Source of the DNA: Azolla caroliniana
Lineage: Eukaryota > Plantae > Polypodiophyta
Direction of reading: 5' to 3'
DNA: 64,000 bases
NCBI GenBank assembly: GCA_043228905.1
Contig: JBHGNT010000005.1
Span: 6,262,001-6,326,000, forward strand
Position numbers and translations under genes: made by a program. Each line of letters opens with the position of its first letter. Positions within the stretch are counted from its first letter, which is position 1. Below the pieces are notes generated by a model. The model saw only the letters and a list, made by a program, of their open reading frames with translations, was not told where the DNA came from and did not search any database. Below, piece after piece: positions 38,301 to 51,600 of this stretch.

Positions 38301-41300
38301 GTGCATTCCGACGGGTTACAGTATATCTACATTTGGGACATATACATTAGGTAGAATCTGGAAATTACGAGAATAAATATAACACATTCTTCAGGACAAA
38401 GTTGCAACAGCTTTTACAAAAGTACTTATATCCTTTTTTGCCTCAAGTAATATTATATTCTTTTTTTCTCTGTTGACTAGGTACATGTTTTTCCTTTTAT
38501 CCTTACTTTAGCAAGCTGAAGTGAAACCTAGTGCAAATGCCAATCAAATCTTATTTAGAAGTTGCAAATGGTCCTTCACAAAGTTGCACATGGATGTGTG
38601 CCAAGGCCCAAGGATATAATAGTATTAAAGATGTGTACAAGAGTCTTTTGTTAGTATGGTTCTCTGGTTCTCGTCTTATGACAAGCTATGCCTACATAAC
38701 TTGAGGTCTTGTAAGAGCATTGGTAATGTCTCAAATGGAATTCTACAACACAAATTCAAGTGTCTATCTTCAAATTAAGTAAATGAATCGACAAGAAAAT
38801 GATATGACACTCATCATATTATGTCATTTATTCTGAACTAAAGTTTCAAAGGTCACAGTTACTTAAACAGAAGACTCACCCTGAAGGAAAAGGTAGCTGC
38901 TCATCAAGGCTGCTTTCTTGGATAACTTTAGCCTGAGAATCTTCAATCCTACTTGATGGTGTTCTCACTGTATCATTGCAAGAATGTCTAAAATAAGAAA
39001 CAAGACATTCTCAAATCTTCCCTTCCATGCATGGACTCACGACTCCTGTAGAAAAATTTCAGTAATGGCCTGAAACAAGAATTGCAACTCATTGTAGGCT
39101 ACATACTAATTCCAAAGGGAGATTACTTTGCTTAATGCACTCCATCACAATGTATGTCTTTCAAACCTTGAAGACATTGTATACCTGCTCTAGTCTTACC
39201 TAGCTCGAGAGCAAAGAGGAGACTTGCCATTTCACAAAAGTGATCAGCTAGAATTACTAATTTAGAACGCATAAGACAATTTGTGGCTCACTGCTAAAAT
39301 CATTGAATATAAAGGTTCAAACGGTTTAGCATTATTTCCTGATAATTTATCAGTTCGATAAATGGCCTACCATTACATCAGTGTAAAAAGATCAAGACCA
39401 AAAAGGTGATTTCCTTAACAATCAGTTTTTTTATAGTAGTCACCCTTCATTGAACTTTGTGAGCATATAAGATTGAGTAGTTGGATATAAATGATAGACA
39501 ACAATAAATCTGAGTACTGAGTTCAATATCTCCATGCTTGTCACAGATGGTTTCTTTCGTATATATCTTCATAATATAGCCTGAATGCACATGACATAGC
39601 ATCGATAAACATGATAATATAACTATCTTGCAGTTAATAAGCCCCATTTCTTATACCTTACTGCAGTTAACTCAGTATTATGGAAAGTTTCTATGGTTAC
39701 TAAGATAACTTTTGTCAGGGCACATGACAAGTAGAAATGCCAGTTCTGTTTGAGGTAGATTATTTAGTGAGCTTGGCCATGTGAACTAAGTTGCCTGAAT
39801 GGTTCATTACCTTTTTCGTTTTTCAGGGTTCTTTTGGGATATCTGCAGTATGAGCTGCAACAATGAAGATTCAAAAAACGGGTTTTTATTACCAGAAAAC
39901 TATGGATTAGAAAAAAGATGATCTGCCCAAGATCATCAAGAATGTTTCTCCCTTGTAGTTCAAATTGACCATTGGTTTATTCCAATAATAAAGTATAAAT
40001 GCACATGCCCAGCAGTTAGCTAGATCATCTCTATTGATTAGTCATATATCATCACAGTTAACTCGGTCATTGCAAAACTTGAGGCATGATTAAGATTTGT
40101 CCAGGCCTACGGCCACCAGTAATAATTTGTGTGAAGTTTCAGTTTGATTAGTTTATTCTTGTTCATAGCACAAAAGCAACAATAACGTTTAAAATAGAAT
40201 TAGGATCTACTAGTACAAGACTGCATTAGAAACATGATAAAATGATATGATAGATTTTACATTAACATAATAGAATCATAGACTTCTTTTAGAATCCATC
40301 TGAAAGAAGACACAGAGATTCCAAAATCCTTAAGGAACCAGGGTATTTGAATTTTACGCACTTCAAATGCAGTTCAATCTATGTGATCCAATGAGCATTT
40401 GTGAAAAATACAGTTCTTGCTAGTTCAGCAAGCATCAATATTCACCAGGTCCTGGAAGATTGAGGATTTCATCCAGCTTTATATCTCCTATGTCCTTTTT
40501 AATGAGGGATGGATTTTCCTGCAAAAGCTTATCACTACTCAAAGTAGTAGTAACAGCAATGCATCTGTACAGAACAAAAACAAACATTATAAACTTAATT
40601 CTACGGTACATACTAGAGAAGCATTCTTCCCTGAATACAAAACCACACCTCATTCCAGCTGCCTTTGCAGCCTGGAGTCCGGCTAGAGCATCCTCCACAA
40701 CAACACACTGCAAAACAAATGAACACTTTCATAATTTTAGTATTTACATTGTTTGCATAAGCCCTCAGTTACAATAAGAGTTCCACTAACAATAAAGGAA
40801 CTAAAATTGTAGAAAATGTACCAATAAACCATACCTCATTTGTGAGAACACCAAGAGCTTTAGCAGCAGCTAGAAATATATCAGGTGCAGGCTTCAAGTT
40901 TTCGAATGCATCAGCTGATACAATTGCATCAAATCTGTAGGAATACATGCACAATAAAATTGAAAATCAGAAGTACGAGTTCACATGAAGATGTATAATT
41001 AACATGCCGCATGTGAATGGTCTTGACCATCACTGAATTCTTCTCATTTTAGGTGACCTACTTCAGTAAGCTCCTAGAAAAGGAAGACGCCTACTCTTGA
41101 GCCAGCAATGCCACATTCCAATCAGATAAGAAAATGGCAGTAAGTGGATTGTCATATTCCATTCTTCATCAATTCAGTTCTGACTCATGCATCAAATTAT
41201 GTATGTGGATAATCAAATATGTTAGGTTCCTAACTTCTCTAACAACTGTTTATAATCGCAATGCATTATGAAACCAATGGTCCAAAAGCACTGTGGTGAT

Positions 41301-44300
41301 CATAAACAATTATTGTTCTCTTGACTGCACAGTTACTAGGTTTAGAGAGCTCAGTGCTTTGTGTCATCCTAAGTCATGCTTCATGCGGATATAGTTAATT
41401 GTGGACAGTCTGCTGGATATTAGAAACCATCTTCAGATTGAAAGCTAAAGGGATCAGCTTGGACATGTTTTCTGCTACTACCTATAGGGTAGTCCACAGA
41501 CACCAGGCATGTTAATTCCTTTTGAGAACCTCTTACCAAAGCCGTCAAAAAGACTGAACTGCTCAACGCAATTACATCTAGATAGTCTTTCATAACACCG
41601 ACAACAATGTAGATATTTCTTTTCATAGAAAAGATATGGAGAATCCTCTACAGATATTGTTTTGCTGCAACAAACCATTAAATGGTAGATATTACAGACT
41701 CAAAAGAATGATGATAAAACAAAAACAGCATATTCTGGAGGTTTGAAGCAACAAGAGATAGCATATTGCATCAGTAAGACCATATCCATAGAAGATATCC
41801 ATTTTGATGCCACAAGGACCTAGTAAAAGGAAAGTTGCTTATATAGGCCATTAAATAGATGCATATAAAGTGTTTACTCAAATGAAAGCCTAAGGTTCAG
41901 AAAAATAATATGCCTTAAAAGTTAGATCGAAGCAGTTAGTAGTGACCAACTGAAAAACATACTGTAACATAGTTACCACACCAACGTCTTAAAGGTGGGA
42001 TTTAAACATCTGCCTGCATTGCCTCACTAAATCCTTTTGGTTTTATCCACCTGTCTTTGGTTACCACTTGCTGGTTATAAACTCTCATTTGTTTTGTGAG
42101 ATGTACATTACATTCTGACTTTTCATACTTATCTTACTAAATTTCCTCCACTAATGAACATATAGAAAAGAAATATAGAAAGACATATTAACATCTTTTA
42201 AGTGGCGTCAACGGCCTATGACGCCGCACAATACATCTTACCATGTAATATTTTCCTTGAGGACAACAAACCAAAATTAATATAGCTAAATTTATTAAAA
42301 CTGCCACAGATATCAGACTTTCTTATTAACAAAGCACTTGCAAACAAACTGCATAGGGGATTATGAATTTTTCAAATACCCACTCCACACAGTTTATTGA
42401 AAAGGATATTGCCATTCTTCAGGATTTATATTATTCTAACAAAGACTTCAATAGGGCCTACCGGAGTGACCAAGAGGAATATTTATACAATAATATATAT
42501 ACATGTACAAGACTACTGTATGGCCTCAAGAGACATACGTAATTAATAGGACTAAAAAGGTACAACTTGAGGGACCTTTGCAGAATAATATATTCATAAG
42601 AGACTACTGCATGGGATCGCAAATCATATGCAATGAAGAAGATTGACCGCTTTTATACAAACCATATTTATACAGTTTGCACCTGTTTAACACGGTTTGG
42701 ATTCATCCTATATGTTTGCTTTGTCTTGGGCATATCCTTTTCTTAAATTGATCGTGCTAAATTGCACATGTAGTCAATTCAAAACAGAAATTTTCATTTA
42801 AAAACAGCTGCCCTATATCCTGCAAATAATATTCTCAGAAACTTACAAGGAGACAGACAATCCAGCAGCTGCTAAGTTAGCATCTATCTTTAGCCGATCA
42901 GCACTTGAAGCAAGCGCCACTTTTAAGCCTGCATTTCTGCACTGAACTAGCAAAGCACAGAAACGCCATTAATAAATTCTTAACATACACAAGTACATTA
43001 TTCATGAGAGTGTGGAGTTTAACTAAACAGCACATACCTGCACAACTAAATCTCCTGCTCCAGGAAATCCAAGGCCTGAGTTTGGCTTAGCATACTGTAA
43101 TGCAAAATGTAGGTTAGAATAATGGATCAAGCTGTTATAAGTATAACATGAAAAGTTGTAACCACATCTGCATATTATGGCACCCAAACAAAAAACGAAA
43201 TTGTTGAGACTCAATGGCCAAAGGCAATCCCACCAATCAGTTGAAGTGTACCTTCTCCAAGTATATTTGGAAAAAACGAGACTTGGCATGAGTAACATTA
43301 AAATCCTTTACAGCATAAAGTTTTGCAACCCCTCCCAAAAAATTTGCTTCACCTGAAATTGAATAAAGATATAAGTCTACACCAATTAACTTTCCTACTC
43401 AATTATGCTACACATGCCTAGGTTATTTCTCCTACAAAATACCTTACCAAACCCATGCCTAGTCGAGCCTATATGTGAACTCCAAATTAGCTACAAACCA
43501 CCCTTGCCATAAAATGCCAAATACATACCGTTCAGGTTCTTGGCAAAGGGTTATTTTTAGTCACATTTTCAGATGTGCAGTAAGCCTCCCTTTCAAGAAT
43601 ACTTGTATCACAGCTTCAACCTCATCAGAATTCAGTTCAAGGTCAACCCGTCACCCATCTCCATACTGCATCTTCACTTGCACACTTAACAGCAAGATCC
43701 TACAATGGTCTACCCAACCACTGTATCAGAGCAACATGACATAGTCAACCAATGATTGATGTGCTTATGCCTCTGGACCAAGCTGAGGGTTGCTCAGAAA
43801 GTGTTATAACTATTGGGCACCCTTCATTCAGGCGGTTTAAGTATTCAAATGCCTACATATAAGCCTCTGAACTGTGTTGAGGGTTGTTCAGCCTCTGTCC
43901 CACATGTAGTGTACCCTGCATGTAAGAGGAAGAGATTGGCACCAAGAGTAGGGGGGTGTGTAAGATGCGGCCAAGTAGTGAGGTTGGTCAAGTTGTGAGC
44001 CTGAACCTTAATTTTTTGGCATTTGGATGGCTAGAACAAATTTAGAAACCCAAATGTTAATCATGCAATGCAGAACGAAAGAAAGATATATTAACGTCTT
44101 TTAAGAGGCCAAAATGGTCTACAAGACCAAACAAGAGTTTACATCGTAAGTGTTGTCTCATCTTTGAGAACGACAAATCAAAATAAAATAAATGTTACTA
44201 AGTAAACATAAAAGTAAATAAGATCAAAGAGAAAAGGAAGATATATTAATTTCTTTTGAGAGGCCGAAATGTCCCATGAGACTGACTGAGAGATTGAATC

Positions 44301-45347
44301 TTAAAATGTTGTCTCCACCTTCAGAACAACAAACTAAAATAAATATGAAACTGCCTAAGGCATCACATAATCTCATTAGCTAAGCATTTGACATTCTGAG
44401 CATAGATAAATTGAAACTTCTACCTTGAAAGTATCTCCTACATACGCCAATCTAAGATGGAGAGGTCTCCAAAGTGAGGGAGCACCTTTGGTTTTGGGTG
44501 ATAATGGCCTTGATATTTCTCAATAACAATAGTGACATGCCATATGGTCCATGTTGTAAGATTGTGCCAAGTTGTGAGGTTAGTTCAAGTTCTTTGAATA
44601 TTACAGTTTTTGGGTCTGGATGGCTAGAGCAATTGGAAGCATTCATTTGTTAATCAGCAAACACAGAGAAAGAAAAAGAAAGATATAATAATGTCTTTTA
44701 AGAGGCTGAAATGGCCTATGAGACAGAATGAGAGATTACATCTTACAATTTTGTCTCCTGCTTGAGATCAGCAACTAAAATAAGTATGGCTAAATCAGTA
44801 ACCTTTCCTGAGGAACCACAAAATCTCGTTAGATAAGCATTTAACAGTTTGATCTTAGATGAACTGTCTTACATTGGCCAATCTAATCTGCAGATGTCTC
44901 CAAAGCAAAGGAGCACCTTTCATGTTGGGTGATAATGACCTTGATTTATCAATAACTGGATGACGGACCATGTGGTACAAATAAGGATGTCTCCTTATCT
45001 ATTGTAACCCCTTTCAAACGTTGAGGTCCCAATTTGTGTAGCCCTTGATTGACTTGTAGCATGAAAAGGAGTATCAGGGCTAAAGAAAGTTGTGATTGTT
45101 CTTTATTGATGAACTTTTGTGGTTTTATTGCTGTCCCTCAGTAAGTTCTCTCTATACCTAACTTGAGAATCTCGCATGTGCCAAAAACCAGATTCTCTCG
45201 TCTCTTTTCTTTTCATCTTATTTACTTTTATATTTACTGTGTAATATTTACTTTATTTTGATTTGTTCTCAAAGACGAGAAAACATTTAAGATGTAATCT
45301 CTTATTTGGTCTTATAGGCCATTTTGGCCTCTTAAAAGACGTTAATA

Positions 45348-45384
<37 letters not shown>

Positions 45385-46903
45385 ATGTCTCTTGATTTCT
45401 AGCAAGAATAGACCCACATATTGTCAGTCTTCAAATTCCATTACCTTGCGAGGTGGGCCAAACCCTTACTTGAGTAGGCATTGTTATCTCCCTTTATTTC
45501 ATAAAAACCAATAACAGTCGCAAAACATAGTGTTCCGCTGACTCTACATTCAGATGGCACAATGGGCAGATTCATTATTCCATAGATTTGCATGCATATC
45601 TCCCAGTCTCAATCTCTAACTAATGTGAAAAGATCATAAGCTACCCTATCACATTACAAAGTGCATGAGATAGATTTGTCTCCATATAAAAAGGTCTGAT
45701 GATAAATCCATCTAATGGGGCACATTCCTAACGATATGCCTTACAAGACTGATTCCCGTTCCCTCTTTGTTCAATTTAATGATATCAGTTTAGATTGCTG
45801 ATATATTGGAACGTGAGTAGCGCACTTATAGCTATGCCATGTGATTGGAACCATTCTTGCATTTCAGCATACTAACAATCATCATCTCCATGTATTACCA
45901 GCTATTTTGATGACAAAAATGCCAATCTTGAGCACCTTTCTTTTGGGGTGGGAAAGGTTTTTAAAGACACCTCAATTATTGAAGCCTGTACTATGTATTA
46001 CACTATAATAAAGGATTCTCTACTTAATTTCCATCTAAATTATCTCTTAATTCATGTCTTCGTTTTAGTTTCAAAAGACCCAACAACATTGCACACATTT
46101 TACAATTTTGAACTAACAGAACAAAACTTCCACGCATTGTGATGAATTGGTCACAAAACACACAAAAATGTTCCACACATTTAAATTGATTGACCAAAAT
46201 ACCGATATAATGACCATACATTATTTAAAGTTCACATAATACCCAGAAAAATGCCACACATTTCAATGGATTTGAGTTGAGAGACATCAAGAGTTCATAA
46301 ATTACAAAAAATATCTACATGCTTAACAAAAATCCACACATTTCAATGGATTAAACAAGCGAAAATTTATAAATAAAAATTTATCCATTCTTTTTCTACT
46401 GGATTTAACCAAAATTCTACACATTTTATTTGGATGCTTTAGCCAATAAAGAAGAAGAAATAATAATTATTTCAAAACAAAGCTCAAAGAAAGCATCAGA
46501 ACATACCAGTTCCCATGAAGGGGAAAAAATCTTCTTCGACAACCTTCACTCCAAACTCAGCAAAGAGATCTACTGCAGCAAGGCGAGACCTTTCTTCGCT
46601 ATCGCAAAGAACACCATCCATATCAAAAAGAACAGCAGAAACTCGATTGGGTACCACCTCCTTAACCTCTGATGATTCATCTCCAACAGCAACAGAAGAA
46701 GCTACAATGGTTCTTCCTTTGCAATGAAAGCTCGAAACTCGAGGGGATGGAGACGATCGAAATGGTAGCAGGGACGGGCTTCCCCCACGGCGAAGAGAAG
46801 AAGAAGGCGTGAGGGAGAAATGCGAGCTATGGTGTGGGATGGACGAAGAGGGAAGAGGTGAATTGGGGTTAGGGTTAGGGCAAAACACAGAGAAAGAAGC
46901 CAT
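23059..46903 (-). CDS. SOQ1: SUPPRESSOR OF QUENCHING 1 (HAD + TM + thioredoxin-like + NHL + CTD), chloroplast; ~27 exons
   Basis: Transit peptide plus [13 protein letters not shown] (46903-46507); KPAPDIF (40934-40835); EDALAG (40707-40649); [12 protein letters not shown] (38327-38239); [10 protein letters not shown] (35512-35402); GVHSAKF; LKFPGK; NSPWD...MAGQHQIW; [11 protein letters not shown]; FQHPLG; last exon [10 protein letters not shown]...LKSI* (23205-23059). Linker exons at 38.9-40.4 kb are uncertain. Confidence 0.96.
23273..23411 (-). repeat. LINE 3'-end with (TTTC)n tail
   Basis: ...TATAGGCCATTTTGGCCTCTTAAAAGACGTTAATATATC(TTTC)n. Further copies at ~29697(+), 34275(+), 42165(-), 44078(-), 44235(-), 44667(-), 45240(+). 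Confidence 0.8.
29580..30440 (-). mobile_element. LINE (RTE-like) ORF C-terminus and 3' UTR remnants
   Basis: [19 protein letters not shown] and [25 protein letters not shown]...[24 protein letters not shown]. Confidence 0.75.
31055..31395. repeat. ~190-bp tandem duplication in a SOQ1 intron
   Basis: ATGAAATCCTTGATGA...CTACCCAAAGTGCT...ATCTTCATAATTATCTAT occurs twice. Confidence 0.9.
31490..31890 (-). mobile_element. hAT transposase C-terminal (dimerisation domain) remnant
   Basis: Fragments [29 protein letters not shown] and NRLSTKQLE match the hAT CERxWS...RNRL motif. Confidence 0.65.
44078..45750 (-). mobile_element. nest of LINE 3' remnants, same family as 29580-30440
   Basis: 45001-45135 aligns with 29955-30095, and 45559-45695 aligns with 30243-30375. 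Three minus-strand tails and one antiparallel plus-strand tail. Confidence 0.75.
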
Positions 46904-46965
46904 GGAAGCTTAGCTCAAAACGCCTTCTCTTCCTCTTCTTCGCTGCGCAGTGTGACTGTATCGCG

Positions 46966-47046
46966 TATATATTTCCCACGTGGCAAGGCGTTATCCAAGG
47001 GATCCACGTTGGATCTGTTGGAAGGCCACGTGTGCAACCACGTGGC
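46966..47046 (-). promoter_or_regulatory. SOQ1 proximal promoter: TATA, three G-boxes, GGATAA I-box-like motif
   Basis: TATATA at ~46966-46972, CACGTG at 46977, 47027 and 47039, TTATCC at 46991. Confidence 0.7.
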
Positions 47047-47267
47047 AGCCTCCCTACTTAGCACTGCATTTTATCATGTTGTAGCCAATTACAAATTTAG
47101 CGTCTCTCTTTATTTCTCTTCTGGCTACTTCTTCTGTATTTATGTGTATGTATCTGTCGGACACTCAGGTCCCATCTATGAGTAAGTTACTATGAGTGGC
47201 TACACATGCCCTATGACTAACAACACACTCCCCGATCGTAAAAGGACAAGTGGAAATGTCCCACGAT

Positions 47268-47776
47268 TAGGAATGGGCACGGTTTCGGCTCAAACCGAAC
47301 CGAACCGTTATACCATGGTTTAACGGTTTATTGGTTCCAAAAAAATTATAATGGTTTGGTTTGGTTTGGATTTTTGATAAACGGTTCAGGTTCGGTTCTA
47401 AAACTCGGGTTTATAGGTTTGGTTTAAAAGGTTTATAGGTTTTTGGTTAACTTTTGTTTTACCTTAATAGTTTATTGATTTAATGGTTTAATTAATGGTT
47501 TTTTATTGATTTAATAAATTTAACTTAAATGCTTATTTAATTTAATGTATTTTTGTTTATTTAGATGTTTAATTAGTTTAATTTAAGTGGTTAGGTTTAA
47601 ATTGTTTATTAAATGGTTCGGTTTGGTTTCAACTTTTCCCTAAACGGTTTGGTTATAAATGGTTTGATTTCAACTATTTCTTAAATGGTATGGTTTCAAT
47701 ACTGAGAGTTCATAAACGGTTCGGTTTCGGTTCAGTTCGGTTTCTTTGCCTTGAAACCGAACCGCGCCCATTGCTA
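47268..47776. mobile_element. hAT-type MITE, 509 bp
   Basis: TIR TAG(G/C)AATGGGC(A/G)CGGTT, 8-bp TSD CCCACGAT/CCCACGAC (7/8), AACCG subterminal repeats. Confidence 0.88.
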
Positions 47777-48444
47777 CCCACGACCATACAACACACCTAC
47801 ACACACTCACTCGATTTGGGTAATAAAACAAGAGGGTCGCCTTGTGTGCATCGTAAGATGCGGTTGCATATTGCCCCCTCCACCTCTGTCCCATTTATAT
47901 AGATTTTGCATTCTCTTTTTCTTTTATCAAAGGTTTAGACCATGGTACTCAACTACCTCAAATTGTATGTTATGTTATCTTGAGTCTAAGAAGTTCAGAA
48001 AGCCTTGCTAACAGTTAGAAACTATTTGGATTTATGTTTTCACTGCTACTCACAAATGTCTCACGACCCCGCTTTCATGTAGTTATGTGATGAGTACATC
48101 GCTCAACTTCCTAGTGTCGAGATTAAAATTAATGCAGAAAGATCAATCCATTATTTTGTGAGCTTCCTTCTCTGGAGATCACGTTACTTATCTAGAAACA
48201 AACATGGAGATGAAGTAATGGTAATCCTATTCGATAGAGAGAGAAAAGATCAAACAATTAGGCAATTTGCCTCAAAAGTCTTGATGTGAAGGAAGATAAC
48301 AAGGTAAATTTAAGACATGGAAGAAAAACTCCTAGGAGAAATAGATTAAACCAACACTCCATGTCACATCAAAGAAGAGATTTGGAGTGTCATTATTAAT
48401 ACAAGAAGGGACATATCATATGGTTATGTCATGAATTGTGAAGT

Positions 48445-48645
48445 AGATTGGAAGAGTTTTGAAAACTACAAGTATTAGTTCTTTCATTGGTAGCCCACAT
48501 CTTTGCGGTGGCATATCATCTTCCCATTCATGTGACCTCTTTAAAATCTTTGGAACAAGAGAAAGGAAGGCTCAATGGTGGCTTGTATGGCTTGTTGGAT
48601 GTGTTGTTGGGGTGTCCTTGGTAATCTTGATAGTTGGCAGCTAAT
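48445..48645 (+). pseudogene. LRR receptor-like kinase fragment (C-cap + TM)
   Basis: TSISSFIGSPHLCGGISSSHSC (SFxGNxxLCG cap) followed by WWLVWLVGCVVGVSLVILIVG. Confidence 0.55.
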
Positions 48646-48667
48646 TAACATCCAAATTACTAAAGTT

Positions 48668-51600
48668 TGTAATATGCTTCCCATGAGTTAGTAACGAAAG
48701 TTTTAAGGACATGGGTGAAAGCCATGGATACTTGTGGCATTCCAATGACTTTCCTTCACTAATGACGGATATCCTTGATCCTCTCTATTGAGAATCAAAC
48801 TCAACTCCTGTTATGCTGTGAACACACCTTAAGTATACAAATACAAGTGTGTGGACACTTCACTACTATGTAACAATAACTAATGTGTCATAGATGTAAC
48901 TCCTATGAGACATAGCTATTAGGCAGTGAAGGTTCCACCTCTTTCACAAGGGGTAGTTGAAGTAAGAGAGTGTAGACTTTGTAAGTAGTTGGTTGTGATC
49001 ATTCTTGTGAATACAGATTTTCAGTTTTTCTGTCTACTATGTGTCCTCCCCCCCCCCCCCCTCCCCCCCCCTTCTCTCTCTCTCTCACACACACACCATT
49101 CTAATTCATTTACGATGCACAAAATCACATACTCGATTCGTTACATGGTATTTGAGCGGTTTGGTAGCTTGATCTAAGCCCATCCGCGTGTATTGTGCCT
49201 ACACTGACGTTCAAGAAGAATTATATAGTTCGTATCCGAGAGAAGAAGAAGAAGAAAACATAGTTTGGCCACCATGAATAATTAGATGGGCAACTCTCTT
49301 CCTGATGAAAACCTAGATAGAAACAACTTTTGCATCTTGGGAATACAAGATGCACCAATACCTTGTTGACCAAGGCTATTGGAGTTACATCGAAGGAGCA
49401 CAATAAATGAAACCCAACCCAACATACACCGATTACCCGACATGGAAGCAAGTGGCAAGTCATGTGTTGTACTGCCTAGCATCATGTGTCCATGACCACA
49501 TGCTCGGTTATATCCAAGAGGCCAAGGCGCCAAAGGAAGCTTGGGAGAACCTCAAGAAGATTTTTGCGGCAAACACAAACGCACGAAAATTTCAACTCCA
49601 TCAAGTGTTGAATAACATCCAACAGAGAGACATATCAATCACAATTTACACCTTGACAATCAAGGAGGTGTACAACTCACTCAGCTTGATCAACATCAAC
49701 GTTGACGACAACGAGATGGTGCAAATATGCCTCGACGGCCTAGCACCTCGATTCGGCACAATGAGGTTGGGTGTCCTCGCAAGCGAAAATCCTCCTTCCT
49801 TCTTCGACCTTTAGGTGATACTACTAGTCAAAGAAAACCTCGTCCAATCAAGGAGTGCAAGCTCAGAAGCACACATGCTTTACTCGCACTCGGATGGAGG
49901 AAGAGGACGCGATCATGTACTAAGAAGAGGCTGATTCGGCTAGGGACGAAGCAGACAAGGGTCCGACCCATGAAAACAACTCTCACTAATGGCAAGACAG
50001 TGGAAACATAGGAGGAACATTAAGTAGAAGGGGGAGCCACCATTCCAGGCCAAGCCGACAAAACAGTTCCGTCGAGTGCGGATATTGTGGCAAACTCGGT
50101 CACTATGAGGCAAAGTGTCGAAAGAAAAGGCGTGAGTCAACATCTACGAGCCGGAAACTCACCAATTAGGCCACCAACTTTGATTAAGAAGACTATGGTG
50201 GAATATTTGTGATGAGGCATAGAGTGAACTCTATGTCGGCCTCAGGACCGACCAACACTTCCAGTCTAGAAAATGTATGGTTTGTTGCCTCTGGCGTGTC
50301 CAACCACATGATATCTCATGAAGAATGGTTCCGTGGGTTGTGAAGGTCTGACCAACCTGGTTATGTCGAAACTGGGGATGACAATATTCACCCCATTTTG
50401 CATGTCGGCAATATCCTAGTTGAGAAGGACGATGACCAAACCTACATTAAAAATGTCTTGCATGTTCCGAACATAACAAAGAACTTAGTCTCGGTCGGCC
50501 AAATCGTGGAACAAGGTATGCAAGTTTGTTTCAACTACAAAGGCTACTTCATTGAGAAGGAAGTCCGCCTCATCACTCATGGCCGAAGAGAAGGCCAAAT
50601 GTTCATTCTCGACTCTCACGAGATGAAATCGGTTATTTTTGCGAACGGCCATAAAAACACCGGGTAATATGTCGCATTCCTTTATTGATAAATACATGAG
50701 ATGTCAAGAATTACTATTTTTTAACAAACTTTCAAGAATGTATCACGCATGTGCACATGACTTTTAAAAACATCATTAAAAAACACAGTTAATATTATCA
50801 AGATTTCAAATTTAACCTATATTTTCTCAATTCATACACAAATTTATCCTAATATTAGGTTAGATTACGGGAATGTTTCCAATTGTAATTGAATATGCTT
50901 CACTTTACACAATGTTGAATTTGAATCCAACTTAACAATTTTAGAAATACAATTTTGTTGTTATATTTGTCTCTAACTCCTATGAAGATTGTTATATTAA
51001 ATTAGCAAATAGCATTTTTGGATATAATTAGAAACATATTCACATGCCCAAAAACTACTACGAACATTATATCCCAATCATACATGAACAACCTGAATGT
51101 ATTATCAAGTGAGCAACAACGTTGACTTAATATTATTGTGTTCGCTCGAAACTAAATAACCAAGATTAAAGACAACATAAATCCTAGAATCAAGCTAAAT
51201 TCAAATATATTGATCAAGAAACAAATTATACTTAACCACATACTTTGCGAGTCAACCTTTACAAATATATGATAGACACTTAAAGTTTGCACACCAATCG
51301 GTTTGTATAAAGAAATGGTACTCAAACAAAAAAAACTTATATTCCAAAACAAGTTTAGTGTTACACGTTTTTAGTTACAAATACAAAGTAGTATACAATC
51401 ACTCCATTAGGAGGTTTGGAACAGGCTGCTCTCCAAGATCAGTTGACAGTTGTGTTGCATCTACATGTTTTGTCTCCTCAATTGAATCTTGTATTTGATA
51501 AGACCCTGGTGCATCTTCAAGGTCGACAAGGTCCCCTCCTTCCTTGTCTATAGGTTCCATCGGCTCTCTGAAGGTCAGCTGAAACATCTCAGTTTTGTTG

